The notes under the pieces were generated by a model. That model had not been told where the DNA came from. It made no database searches and saw nothing but the letters and a program-made list of their open reading frames with translations. Below are positions 27,891-37,056 of a stretch of DNA of 64,000 bases, one piece after another. Source of the DNA: Candidatus Peregrinibacteria bacterium CG10_big_fil_rev_8_21_14_0_10_49_16 (GTDB lineage: Bacteria > Patescibacteriota > Gracilibacteria > Peribacterales > Peribacteraceae); NCBI GenBank assembly GCA_002772605.1, contig PFDS01000040.1, forward strand, positions 14,862 to 78,861, given 5' to 3'. The position numbers were made by a program, and so were the translations under genes. Each line of letters opens with the position of its first letter. The first letter of the stretch is position 1.

Positions 27891-29135
27891 TTAAGAAGAA
27901 AGGTCACAGAATGTTTTATGCAGATTGTCGTAGAGCAGAGGAAGCTGCTCTGTAGGAACCGAGGAAAAGGCAATGCGTACTTTGTCCTGTCCGAGAGCGA
28001 CAATCCCCGTATCATACTGTTCAAGCAAATGCCGTCGTACGGCTTCCGCGTCAAGATGATGCAACTGCAAACAGAGAAAGTACCCGGAGTTACAGGGAAG
28101 GAGAGTACAAAAACGTGCAAAACGACCCTGAACAAGAATGTCCTGTGAACGGTGAAAACGTTTCCTCAACAGTTCTTTGTTCCTCTGTTTTTCTCGGGCA
28201 TACGTTGACGAACGCAGTGTGCGAAGCACGAGGTGTTGTGACAACTGAGAACAGTTCGATACATCGCCTCGTACAAAACCAGCAACTCTGTCTTCCAGAT
28301 CTGTGTACATCTCTTTCGTTGTCGCCTTCCCACCAAACGTAAGGAATCCAACACGCAAACCCCATGCATATTCTTCTTTTGTCGCCCCATCAATCTTCAC
28401 TGCGAGCACGCGTTCATGAAGGTTCGCCAATCGTGCAAACAGAGATTCCTGAGGAAGAGCGTCGTCATATGTGAGTCCGAAATACGCATCATCACAGAGT
28501 ACTGTCAAAGTACTGCCACGTTCTGCTTCATCGGAGAGAGAAGCGCACAAAGACTCGTACTCTACAGCCGTATATCCTGTTGGATTATTCGGAAAATTAA
28601 GAAGTAAAACTTTATGTGTTGAAGAGGAATGTTGTATGGCAGTACACAAGGACTCCACATCCATTCGTCCCTCGTGAAATAGAGGAATGGCATGAAGAGT
28701 TGCTCCCCAGAGCTTCTCGAATGTCTGACGATAGTTTCCCCAATAGGGAGAAAAGATATAGACCGCATCACCCGGATCTGTGAAGAGACAAGCACATGCA
28801 CTGAGACCATGGGTAATCCCCGCAGTCACTACAGGAGTACTCACAGAAGCAGGAAGTGATGGGTTTTTAAGACGCATGTGCCGCAACCACTCATTGCGTA
28901 AACTTTCTATTCCGTGAGTCGATGCATAGGGTAGTACTTCTTCCAGAGGCAAATTCACGAGCCTCATGAGAGAAGGGAGATGTAAGGGGACCCCCTCCTC
29001 ATCCAAAGCAATACCAATTGTAGCGTTTATGGGTTTCCCTCGTGCCTCTGCCGTCTGCGTCACGATGCCGCCATGTGGAAAAGAAATGCGCTTTCCACGC
29101 TCAGAAAGCCAAGAATGAAGGGACATGCGCCTCAT
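27891..29135 (-). CDS. class I/II PLP-dependent aminotransferase
   Basis: NATIGIALDEEG near the N-terminus, NFPNNPTGY, and lysine region KIDGATKEEYAWGLRVG. The start is uncertain (29135 or 29177). Confidence 0.75.
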   Translation of the reverse strand: MRRMSLHSWLSERGKRISFPHGGIVTQTAEARGKPINATIGIALDEEGVPLHLPSLMRLVNLPLEEVLPYASTHGIESLRNEWLRHMRLKNPSLPASVSTPVVTAGITHGLSACACLFTDPGDAVYIFSPYWGNYRQTFEKLWGATLHAIPLFHEGRMDVESLCTAIQHSSSTHKVLLLNFPNNPTGYTAVEYESLCASLSDEAERGSTLTVLCDDAYFGLTYDDALPQESLFARLANLHERVLAVKIDGATKEEYAWGLRVGFLTFGGKATTKEMYTDLEDRVAGFVRGDVSNCSQLSQHLVLRTLRSSTYAREKQRNKELLRKRFHRSQDILVQGRFARFCTLLPCNSGYFLCLQLHHLDAEAVRRHLLEQYDTGIVALGQDKVRIAFSSVPTEQLPLLYDNLHKTFCDLSS

Positions 29136-29375
29136 CCTACACAGAGAACTCCCGAGGGAAAACAAAAGAACGTGCAAAAAAGCCTACGAAACCCCCCATC
29201 TCTCACTTTATCGCATGTGCAGGACCAAAATATATCCCACAAGAACTTCCCACAATTCACCAGTCTTAATACGTCGTATTTTAAAAGAATAAATGCCAGT
29301 AATAGAGCTACAAGATAAATGGTCCAAAATTGCAATTCCCGAAGCCGAGTCACCTGTGGATAATGAGCGGTCCCT

Positions 29376-30074
29376 ATGGCCTATCCACGCGTCCCCTACC
29401 GGGTTGAATACACGAAAAATAAGTACTCCCGGGCTATTTTGCGTGAAAATACGATTATTATCCGTCTGGCGAAAAACCTGAGCGCTGAGGAGCACAGGGA
29501 ACACGTTCAGAGCTTACTGGAACGGATGATGGAACAGGTCCGCAAGGAACACCATAAGAAACTCATTCACCCATTCCGTCATATACTGCAAGGTGGCCAA
29601 AGTCAGACAGTCAGGCTAGCAACTGGCAAGACCTTCACATTTACTCTTATACCAGGAACAACTACGAAAGCCAGACGCAAACCAAACGGATGGCATATTA
29701 CCGTGAGCCCACACATTCGAAGAAAGACGTTACACCGCCTCCTCTGGTCACTCATTGCGAAAGAGGAGTTGCCACGCATTGCGCAACTCGTGGCACGCAT
29801 CAACGACGAACGTACGAAAGTACACGTAAAAAATGTCCGCGTAGCCTTTGCCCAATCACAGTGGGGCAGTTGTTCCCCACGCGGCACTATCATGCTCAAC
29901 GCCGCTCTTCTCTTCGCACCGCCATCACTGCTGTGTTACGTCATTGTGCATGAACTTGTACACCGAAGAGTATCGAACCATTCACAGAAATACTGGAATC
30001 TTGTAGAAGAAGCTCTTCCCAACTACAAAAGAGCAATCAAAAAAATGCAACAGTATCGGTTACCAACACTATGA
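29376..30074 (+). CDS. YgjP/DUF45 (SprT-like) metal-dependent hydrolase
   Basis: WGSCSPRGTIMLNAALLFAPPSLLCYVIVHELVHRRVSNHS contains the HExxH motif. Confidence 0.75.
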   Translation: MAYPRVPYRVEYTKNKYSRAILRENTIIIRLAKNLSAEEHREHVQSLLERMMEQVRKEHHKKLIHPFRHILQGGQSQTVRLATGKTFTFTLIPGTTTKARRKPNGWHITVSPHIRRKTLHRLLWSLIAKEELPRIAQLVARINDERTKVHVKNVRVAFAQSQWGSCSPRGTIMLNAALLFAPPSLLCYVIVHELVHRRVSNHSQKYWNLVEEALPNYKRAIKKMQQYRLPTL

Positions 30075-30078
30075 ACTC

Positions 30079-30732
30079 TTACGGTACCCGTGTACTGCGT
30101 AAAATTGCACGCACACGCGCTCTGGCAGCTCGATCTTGCTCTGCACGACGAGGACGGTTGCGCGTATATCCCTCTTCTACCATTCTCGTGCACAAGTTAT
30201 AAAACCCAGAGAGAAACTTCTCCATACCTTCCGGACATATTTCACGTCGAAGGTACTGACGAAGCAGTGTGCGACCATCAGCATCTAAATCACTGTACTC
30301 CAACGAAGATTCTGGAGCAGCAGCATGCACAGGTTCATCTTCACTACCTTCCGATGCCGTCACAGCTGTATCACTCTGTGAAAAGTCTTTCGCAAGAAAT
30401 GCACGAATAGCATCAAAGTCATTGATATCCGGACAAACGATATCCTTATGGCCTGCTGCATGAAGGTCACGACACTTTTCACGAGCATCCGCGTAGTCTC
30501 GCCGACGCTGGATACGTGTCGTCGTATGAAACTGAAGAACATTATATTGAAAAGTTTGGTTGTCAAAATTCTCAAACCACATGCCATCATCATCGGATGA
30601 TCGAAATTGCGCACCAAATCCCGCACCCATGCCTCCAAACAAACCGACAAGAATGGAAAACGCAAATGTAACGGCAGCCATTGCAATGAGCATATGCCGT
30701 AAAGAATGTTTTATATATTTTTGTGACATCAC
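30079..30732 (-). CDS. hypothetical membrane-anchored protein
   Basis: 217 aa with one N-terminal TM helix followed by a charged region. No family recognised. Confidence 0.45.
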   Translation of the reverse strand: MMSQKYIKHSLRHMLIAMAAVTFAFSILVGLFGGMGAGFGAQFRSSDDDGMWFENFDNQTFQYNVLQFHTTTRIQRRRDYADAREKCRDLHAAGHKDIVCPDINDFDAIRAFLAKDFSQSDTAVTASEGSEDEPVHAAAPESSLEYSDLDADGRTLLRQYLRREICPEGMEKFLSGFYNLCTRMVEEGYTRNRPRRAEQDRAARARVRAILRSTRVP

Positions 30733-30755
30733 TTCATTATACCAAAATTGGCTAT

Positions 30756-31712
30756 CTACCGCAATCCTACGGCTTTCTGCACTCGCTCCATCGTCTTTTC
30801 CGCAATGGTTTTTGCTCTTGCAGCCCCGTCAGCCATAATCGCCGCGATGTCACTGTCTTTTAGGTCTTCCCGATTTTTCCTCATAGGGCCAAAATAATCC
30901 ATAAATGTCCCTAGGAGGCGTTTTTTGGCATCACCGTAACTCAGCCCCTCCCGATACTCATCGGCAAGCCTCACGGCCTCTTTTTCATCCAGAAGAAGCT
31001 TGTGGATTTGGTAGATGATACACGAATCCGGGTCTTTTGGGTCAGTAGCACCTTTGGAATCTGTCACAATCCCCATGATTGCCTTTGTCACCACTTTCTC
31101 ATCACTAAAGAGCGGAATTGTATTGTTATAACTCTTGCTCATTTTTTGCCCATCCGTACCGGGAATAACAGCGACGTCACCCTGAATCTGCACCTCCGGA
31201 AGCGTAAGTATGCCCTCGCCATAACGGTGGTTAAACTTCTGTGCAATGTCCCGCGCCATTTCCACATGCTGCTTTTGGTCTTTTCCTACAGGAACGATGT
31301 CCGCGTCATAGAGAAGAATGTCAGCCGCCTGCAGCACAGGATAGGTAAAGAGCCCTGCGCTCGCTTCGATCCCCTTCTGCACTTTATCTTTATAGCTCAC
31401 TGCACGTTCTAGAAATCCCACAGGGGTCACGCAATTCAAAACCCAGGCAAGTTCGGCATGGGCAGACACGTACGACTGAAAAAAGAGAATGCCTTTATCG
31501 GGATCGAAACCGCACGCAAGTAAGTCTTTTGTGAGATCCTGTCGAAATGAACGTAACTGTTCAGGATCATGCACCGTCGTCAGTGCATGGAGGTCAACAA
31601 CAATGTAGATATTCTCGTCTTCTCCAAGAAGATCGATATTCGGCTTTATGGAACCAAAATAGTTTCCCACATGTGCAGCACCCGATGGTTGTATCCCAGA
31701 TAAAACCCGCAT
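30756..31712 (-). CDS. trpS: tryptophan--tRNA ligase
   Basis: Class I signatures: HVGNYFG (HIGH-like) and KMSKS, in 318 aa. Confidence 0.9.
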   Translation of the reverse strand: MRVLSGIQPSGAAHVGNYFGSIKPNIDLLGEDENIYIVVDLHALTTVHDPEQLRSFRQDLTKDLLACGFDPDKGILFFQSYVSAHAELAWVLNCVTPVGFLERAVSYKDKVQKGIEASAGLFTYPVLQAADILLYDADIVPVGKDQKQHVEMARDIAQKFNHRYGEGILTLPEVQIQGDVAVIPGTDGQKMSKSYNNTIPLFSDEKVVTKAIMGIVTDSKGATDPKDPDSCIIYQIHKLLLDEKEAVRLADEYREGLSYGDAKKRLLGTFMDYFGPMRKNREDLKDSDIAAIMADGAARAKTIAEKTMERVQKAVGLR

Positions 31713-31727
31713 GCAGCAATTGTATCG

Positions 31728-32499
31728 TTACTTCACCGAACTCCCAATCTTTTCTAATGCTTTCAGCGACTCAATCGGTATCATCCAGACCGTTGTATTA
31801 CTCTGATCAGAGCTAAGGTCATTGATGCTCTGCAATGTACGTAGATGCAATGCTCCCGGCTGCTGCGAGAGCGTCTGCGCTGCTTTAGCCATATTTTCGG
31901 CAGCAAGAACTTCTCCCTGTGAGTTAATGATCACAGCCTGCTTCTCGCGCTCTGCCTCAGCAACTTTCGCAATCGTACGCTTCAGGCTTTCAGGGAGAAT
32001 AATGTCTTTTAGCTCTACTGTCTTCACATCAATCCCCCATGCATCCGACGCACTATCAACACGTTTCTTTATCCTGTCGGCAATCTCCTGCTTATTTGCC
32101 AGAAGTTCATCCAACGTCACTTCGCCAACAGCGTTACGCATGGTTGTTTGTGCCAACTGCGAAACAGCGTAGTAGAAATTCTCCACTTCTAAGATGGCTC
32201 TTGACGCGTCGAGAACGCGAAAATACAGAACAGCATTGATACGAATCGGAATGTTATCCTTTGTAATCGCTTCCTGGTCGGGCACATCCACTGCTTTGAC
32301 ACGAATATCTACTTTGATCAGACGCTGAAAAACGGGAATGAGAACCTTCCATCCCGGACCCCACACACGAGAAAACTTTCCCATCGTCAGCACAACCCCC
32401 CCGCTCATACTGATTGACCTGACGAATCATGGAAATCAGCAACACAACGATTGCCGCGAGAACAAAGAAACTGAAGGAAAGTTGAAGAGAAGTATCCAT
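31728..32499 (-). pseudogene. SPFH/band-7 (stomatin-like) gene interrupted by a frameshift in a G7 tract
   Basis: The TM-anchor exon frame reads MDTSLQLSFSFFVLAAIVVLLISMIRQVNQYERG. The body frame reads VVLTMGKFSRVWGPGWKVLIPVFQRLIKVDIRV. They join in-frame only if the C7 run at 32396-32402 had 6 bases. Confidence 0.75.
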
Positions 32500-32518
32500 A
32501 GGAATGGAGTGTGCACTG

Positions 32519-33172
32519 TTATGACGTTGCATGCAATCGTTGTATTGCACGATCAAATGCCGGAGGGAGCGGAGCCTCAACATGAACAACCTGACTCTGT
32601 ACGGGATGTGGAAAAGCCAGCGATACCGCATGCAAAAAGAGTTTTCTACATCCATATGCACGCGCAAACAGTCGGTTGAATTTTACATGACCATATTCAT
32701 CATCAAGAACAAGAGGATGGCCAATCTCTGCAAAATGCCGACGAATTTGGTGATGACGTCCTGTTTCAATGTCACACTCCACGAGTGATACATCTCGAAA
32801 CGATTCAACAATATGGTACCTAGTTATTGCTTCCACTATTCCCTTCCCGCGAGCAGGAAGTTTGATCCGAATTACACCCTGCCGTTTTGGTCGGCCTACA
32901 ACAAGAGCAAGGTATTTCTTCTTCCATCCTGCAAAGTCGCTCTTCAAAACAGCTTCCAGCACTTTCTTCGATCGTGCAAACACAATGCATCCTGATGTTT
33001 GATAATCAAGCCGATGAATCGCCCGCAAGCCCGGATAGTCTTTTTTGAGAAAATCGAGTAATGGCAACTTCTCCACTTTTCCTTTACCACGCACTACAAG
33101 TTCTCCACTCAACTTATTCACCACAAGAAGGTGTTCGTCACAAAAGAGAATACGGCGGGGATCGATGGGCAC
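32519..33172 (-). CDS. RluA-family pseudouridine synthase
   Basis: Catalytic motif HRLDYQTSGCIVFA and a later GRHHQIRRH. Confidence 0.85.
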   Translation of the reverse strand: MPIDPRRILFCDEHLLVVNKLSGELVVRGKGKVEKLPLLDFLKKDYPGLRAIHRLDYQTSGCIVFARSKKVLEAVLKSDFAGWKKKYLALVVGRPKRQGVIRIKLPARGKGIVEAITRYHIVESFRDVSLVECDIETGRHHQIRRHFAEIGHPLVLDDEYGHVKFNRLFARAYGCRKLFLHAVSLAFPHPVQSQVVHVEAPLPPAFDRAIQRLHATS

Positions 33173-33579
33173 TATGCACAGTGTACAAGTTCTTTCTCTT
33201 CAAAAAATCGTTTCATTTCCTGCTCGGCACTCTCGAAAGAATCTGATCCGTGAATAACGTTAAAGCTCAAGCTTCGTGCAAATCGACCTCTGATGGTATC
33301 CGGTTCATCAAGGCTGCCGATACGACGTCGGATGGCTGCGATAACATCCTCACCTTCAAACACCAAAGCAAGGCACGGACCGGAAAGCATGTATGTTTCA
33401 AACTCATCGTAAAAAGGCTTTCCAACAATATGCGCATAATGTTCGTGCATAAGTTCACGCGTCATCTGAATATACTTTGCCGCACAGATACGTCCTTCTT
33501 TTTCCAGATCAGCAATAATCTCGCCGCAAATACGACGTTGAATGGCATCCGGCCGAAGGAGGACCAGAGTTTGTTGCAT
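33172..33579 (-). CDS. ndk: nucleoside-diphosphate kinase
   Basis: TLVLLRPDA and active-site NVIHGSDS, in 135 aa. Confidence 0.9.
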   Translation of the reverse strand: MQQTLVLLRPDAIQRRICGEIIADLEKEGRICAAKYIQMTRELMHEHYAHIVGKPFYDEFETYMLSGPCLALVFEGEDVIAAIRRRIGSLDEPDTIRGRFARSLSFNVIHGSDSFESAEQEMKRFFEEKELVHCA

Positions 33580-33621
33580 ATGAAAAATTTATACTAATTT
33601 TAAAAAATGTCAATACGCTTA

Positions 33622-34335
33622 CTAAGCGGCGACATCCTCTAGTGAATGTTGATCTCTCCCTTTTGGATTATACACAGTAACTGTGCCTGGAGCATATTGA
33701 CCGCTCATGGCATCAGAAAGTGCATGAAACATAGTCTGGTTCATCCATAGCGTCTTATCTTTCCTATCTTGGGGACAGCGGACCACAATGAGCTGCATCA
33801 TTTCTGGTGACACTCTCTTATGAACAGCAAGTTCCGCGTTCGTGATGAAAGAAAAATCCTGCTCTACTCTTCGCACATCATCCGCAGTTGTGAGGGCAAT
33901 CACCATCGTTGAGTCCGCATCTGTCGTACCTTGTACATGTGCATAGTTGTAGAAAGTCGCATTAAAAAAGCGATCAACATCGTTCGTACCGGACGGATCA
34001 CCAAAAAAAGCCATACCAGATGTCCAGTAACTCGCTGCTCCTTCCGGAGTAACAGGATCGACTCCCTTTTCGTAGACCAAAGGTAATGCAGACGCTCTTT
34101 TCACTCCGTGAAACAGAAACTGCCCTCGCCTTGCCCGTTCTACAAATTCAACAACAGTCTGTGGCTCCACGCCGATAGTATCTGCAACTGTTCTACAAAA
34201 CTTTTCCACATGCGCATGCTGCAGTAACCGCTTCGCTGCTTCACGTATGCTATTAGCATCTTTTCCAAAAGACTCTGAGGAATGATCTGAGCTACTAGGT
34301 GTGTGTTTTTCGAAGGAAAACTCTGGAGACGTCAT
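33622..34335 (-). CDS. hypothetical protein
   Basis: 237 aa clean ORF. No family recognised. Confidence 0.5.
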   Translation of the reverse strand: MTSPEFSFEKHTPSSSDHSSESFGKDANSIREAAKRLLQHAHVEKFCRTVADTIGVEPQTVVEFVERARRGQFLFHGVKRASALPLVYEKGVDPVTPEGAASYWTSGMAFFGDPSGTNDVDRFFNATFYNYAHVQGTTDADSTMVIALTTADDVRRVEQDFSFITNAELAVHKRVSPEMMQLIVVRCPQDRKDKTLWMNQTMFHALSDAMSGQYAPGTVTVYNPKGRDQHSLEDVAA

Positions 34336-34384
34336 TATGTTAAATATAGTATAAATTTAATAAAAAGTCAATATTAGACATGAA

Positions 34385-34504
34385 TGGTGGACAGCACAGG
34401 ATTCGAATGCTGAAGGCATCCCTTGGGGACCTGTGACCTTTCGGATGTGAACCGAACGCTCTAATCCCGTAAGGGACCCCTTCGGGGCCAGCTGAGCTTA
34501 TTCC
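34385..34504 (-). ncRNA. tRNA-Val(CAC)-derived element with two hairpin insertions and no 5-prime acceptor strand
   Basis: Identical to the intact tRNA-Val over TTAGAGCGTTCGGTTCACATCCGAAAGGTCACAGG and TTCGAATCCTGTGCTGTCCACCA. It carries a 23 nt insert in the D-loop (34465-34487) and a 22 nt insert in the T-arm (34408-34429). The 5-prime end reads GGAATAAGCTCAG rather than GGACAGCTAGCTCAG. Confidence 0.7.
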
Positions 34505-34754
34505 AAAGTAAAAAACGAGTGATGACTAACTTTTCGAGATAGCCAGAAGGCTTTTTGAGGTACCATTCCCTTTTCCTTGCTTCGGAATTGGTCACATATT
34601 CTTCAAAATATGCCAAAAGCAAAGGTCTCCTCCATTTTGTAGAACGAACAGTTCCCGCAAGATGTCTGCACAAACGCTCATGAACATCCAGAGATGTACA
34701 ACCAATGTACCAACCTTGATCTTTCTCACTAAAAAGAAAATACACGTATGCCAT
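34461..34754 (-). CDS. GIY-YIG nuclease family protein (small, UPF0213-like)
   Basis: MAYVYFLFSEKDQGWYIGCTSLDVHERLCRHLAGTVRSTKWRRPLLLAYFEEY...ARKREWYLKK is the GIY-YIG pattern. The ATG lies 7 nt after the tRNA-Val CCA. The upstream part of the ORF in the track reads through the tRNA and is rejected. Confidence 0.75.
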   Translation of the reverse strand: MAYVYFLFSEKDQGWYIGCTSLDVHERLCRHLAGTVRSTKWRRPLLLAYFEEYVTNSEARKREWYLKKPSGYLEKLVITRFLLWNKLSWPRRGPLRD

Positions 34755-34761
34755 AAGAGAA

Positions 34762-34838
34762 TGGTGGACAGCACAGGATTCGAACCTGTGACCTTTCGGA
34801 TGTGAACCGAACGCTCTAACCAACTGAGCTAGCTGTCC
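34762..34838 (-). tRNA. tRNA-Val (anticodon CAC), CCA encoded
   Basis: Acceptor GGACAGC/GCTGTCC, D-arm GCTC-AGTTGGTTA-GAGC, anticodon stem TTCGG/CCGAA with loop TTCACAT, T-arm ACAGG-TTCGAAT-CCTGT. Confidence 0.9.
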
Positions 34839-34930
34839 AAAACCGGACTCATCATTGCAAAAATATAGGCAATAGAAAAGCCGCAATACATCCTGTACTA
34901 CGGCTGATCCTTCACGTCACCTCCTCCATG

Positions 34931-36295
34931 TCAGAAACTCGGCAGGAACCAGAGGCAGATCATGGCGATGAGCGTTGGCGGCAATGCTGCCAGCAGCAAC
35001 CATAACGAACTGATTTCACCGCTCCCGTTCTCCTTGAACGTGGAGTTCAAAATGGAATAGCCCGCCGGGTTTGGGGCATTGGCAATGACGGTCAGGCCAC
35101 CACCAGCTACTGCACCAGCCACTAACGCAAATTTCATCGCCTCGGACAAGTTCGGCACCTGCGACCCAAGGAAGGTCAATGCCGCATTGTCCGTTACGGC
35201 CGTCAGCCCGGTCGTCCCGAGAAACAAGGCTTCAGGACCCATGCTGCCAAGAAGCGGCTCCAGCCACCATCGCTGCAGTCCTCCCAACGTGACCAGCCCT
35301 GCAAGGAAGCCGCCCACGAGGAGACCGCCCTTCAACTTCAGGTCTTCCTGATACTCCTTCGTGACGAAACAGAAGGCCAGGAAGAAGACGAAGATTCCCA
35401 TGAAGATGTCGGGATGATGAGCATGCAGCACCACCAGTGCGAGAGTCGCAATGTGGACACAGGTCACCCACCACGGGGTATTCGGCAGTTTGGCCTCGCC
35501 TTCCCGTCCATGAATGTCGCTATCGCTCAGAAGCGGCAACTTCTTGAGTTCATGGTAGAAGAGCCAAACAAGAAGCGCTGCACTCAACAAAACGGCAGTC
35601 GCTGCCTTGTACCCAAAGTGCGTGAACATATAGGCCATGCCCCAGTTCCATGTTCCCGCAACCATCAGCACCGGCGGCGCCGCGAAGTGCGATAGCGTAC
35701 CCCCAATCGAGACAGACACGAACAGTGTTCCAATCAGCATGTACTTGAACTTCATGCTGATCCCCCGGTCGAAGAACTGCCGCTTCAGTACGAGCGCGGT
35801 CACCGTCATGGCAGCCGGTTCGGTCACCAGGGACCCTAGGAGCGGACCCACCACCATAGCCGACAGGAGAAACCCTGCAGAACCATGGAGAGGGATGAGA
35901 CGTGATACGAGCCGAATCAGCTTGTCGACCATGTCAACCACCGGCTTGGTCGCGGCGATCACCATGATGACGAAGACGAACTTCGGCTCCGTGTAATTCA
36001 ACGACTCAATGTAGTGGACTGCCTCATGCCATCCGTGATGAGCAGACTCCCATGCCGCAGCCAATGACCACCCGTGCTCGAAGTGATGGCTACTTCCCAG
36101 ATAGAAGATCATCACCCCGAAGAGGGCGCCGGCCCACATGAGGAAGACCGCTTCAGTCTCCCCCAACAAGTGGAAGAGATTTTCAAACTTGCTGCCCTCG
36201 GGAAATTTCTCCCCGAGTTTGTGAAACAATTTCGCACAGAACGTGTGCAAAATTGCCAATCCAAAGAGGATTGTCGCCACATGTTCGATTCGCAT
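34931..36295 (-). CDS. putative Na+/H+ antiporter-family membrane protein (Na_H_antiport_2-like)
   Basis: The start at 36295 is preceded by GGAGGAAAC. N-terminus MRIEHVATILFGLAILHTFCAKLF. Polytopic. G+C by hand count is 36/60 at 35221-35280 and 39/60 at 35821-35880. Confidence 0.6.
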   Translation of the reverse strand: MRIEHVATILFGLAILHTFCAKLFHKLGEKFPEGSKFENLFHLLGETEAVFLMWAGALFGVMIFYLGSSHHFEHGWSLAAAWESAHHGWHEAVHYIESLNYTEPKFVFVIMVIAATKPVVDMVDKLIRLVSRLIPLHGSAGFLLSAMVVGPLLGSLVTEPAAMTVTALVLKRQFFDRGISMKFKYMLIGTLFVSVSIGGTLSHFAAPPVLMVAGTWNWGMAYMFTHFGYKAATAVLLSAALLVWLFYHELKKLPLLSDSDIHGREGEAKLPNTPWWVTCVHIATLALVVLHAHHPDIFMGIFVFFLAFCFVTKEYQEDLKLKGGLLVGGFLAGLVTLGGLQRWWLEPLLGSMGPEALFLGTTGLTAVTDNAALTFLGSQVPNLSEAMKFALVAGAVAGGGLTVIANAPNPAGYSILNSTFKENGSGEISSLWLLLAALPPTLIAMICLWFLPSF

Positions 36296-36397
36296 GTTTC
36301 CTCCATTCTTCTCTAAACATACATGTGAAGGACCGTTAAATCCCCCCAAGGCAAGCCCTGGAAAGGCTCGCCTTTATAGCAGAAATCTGCGAGAAAA

Positions 36398-36991
36398 TCA
36401 AGGGTTCGGACCTACAAACTCCCGATCCAGAGCGAGACGCGATTCTTCGGGTAAGAGCTGCCCCTGATACTTGCTTCCCGGCTTCTTGTTATAGGGCATT
36501 TCGGCAGCACTGGTCATCTGTTCAAATGCAATCTGGCAAATACGCATACCGGGGTACAGATACACAGGCATGCGATTTAAATTGCTAATTTCCAACGTAA
36601 TTGTCCCGGAAAACCCCGGATCCACAAATCCGGCAGTTGAGTGAATGATGATACCCAAACGCCCCAGTGAACTCCTGCCCTCCACACGGGCCACCAGATC
36701 ATCCGGAAGCGTAATGACTTCGCTTGTGGCTCCCAAGATAAACTCCCCAGGCTGCACAATGAACGGTTCCCCTTCCTCAACAGAAACAGTTCGCATATTC
36801 CCGGTAAATGTCTCCGGTTTTTTGGGGTCAAGAACTGCAAAACGGCTATGTTCATAGAGCTTGAATATGCTCCCAAGATGCAGATCCATGGAACTCGCAT
36901 GAATGTACCACTGTTCCTGGGGCTGACTGCTCTCAATGCAGACACGACCGTCACGAATGGCCCGACGAATATCCTGATCAGAGAGGATCAT
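36398..36991 (-). CDS. dcd: dCTP deaminase
   Basis: MILSDQDIRRAI N-terminus and VEGRSSLGRLGIIIHSTAGFVDPGFSG motif. Confidence 0.85.
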   Translation of the reverse strand: MILSDQDIRRAIRDGRVCIESSQPQEQWYIHASSMDLHLGSIFKLYEHSRFAVLDPKKPETFTGNMRTVSVEEGEPFIVQPGEFILGATSEVITLPDDLVARVEGRSSLGRLGIIIHSTAGFVDPGFSGTITLEISNLNRMPVYLYPGMRICQIAFEQMTSAAEMPYNKKPGSKYQGQLLPEESRLALDREFVGPNP

Positions 36992-37056
36992 GGCAGACAG
37001 CCTAGCATGAGAAATATCTTGCTTCCACTGAAAGAAATCTGCACCATGATGCATCC

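Noticed and set aside
34755-34886. Upstream part of the 141 aa ORF 34461..34886.
   Set aside because: It translates straight through the intact tRNA-Val gene. The GIY-YIG homology begins at the internal ATG at 34754.
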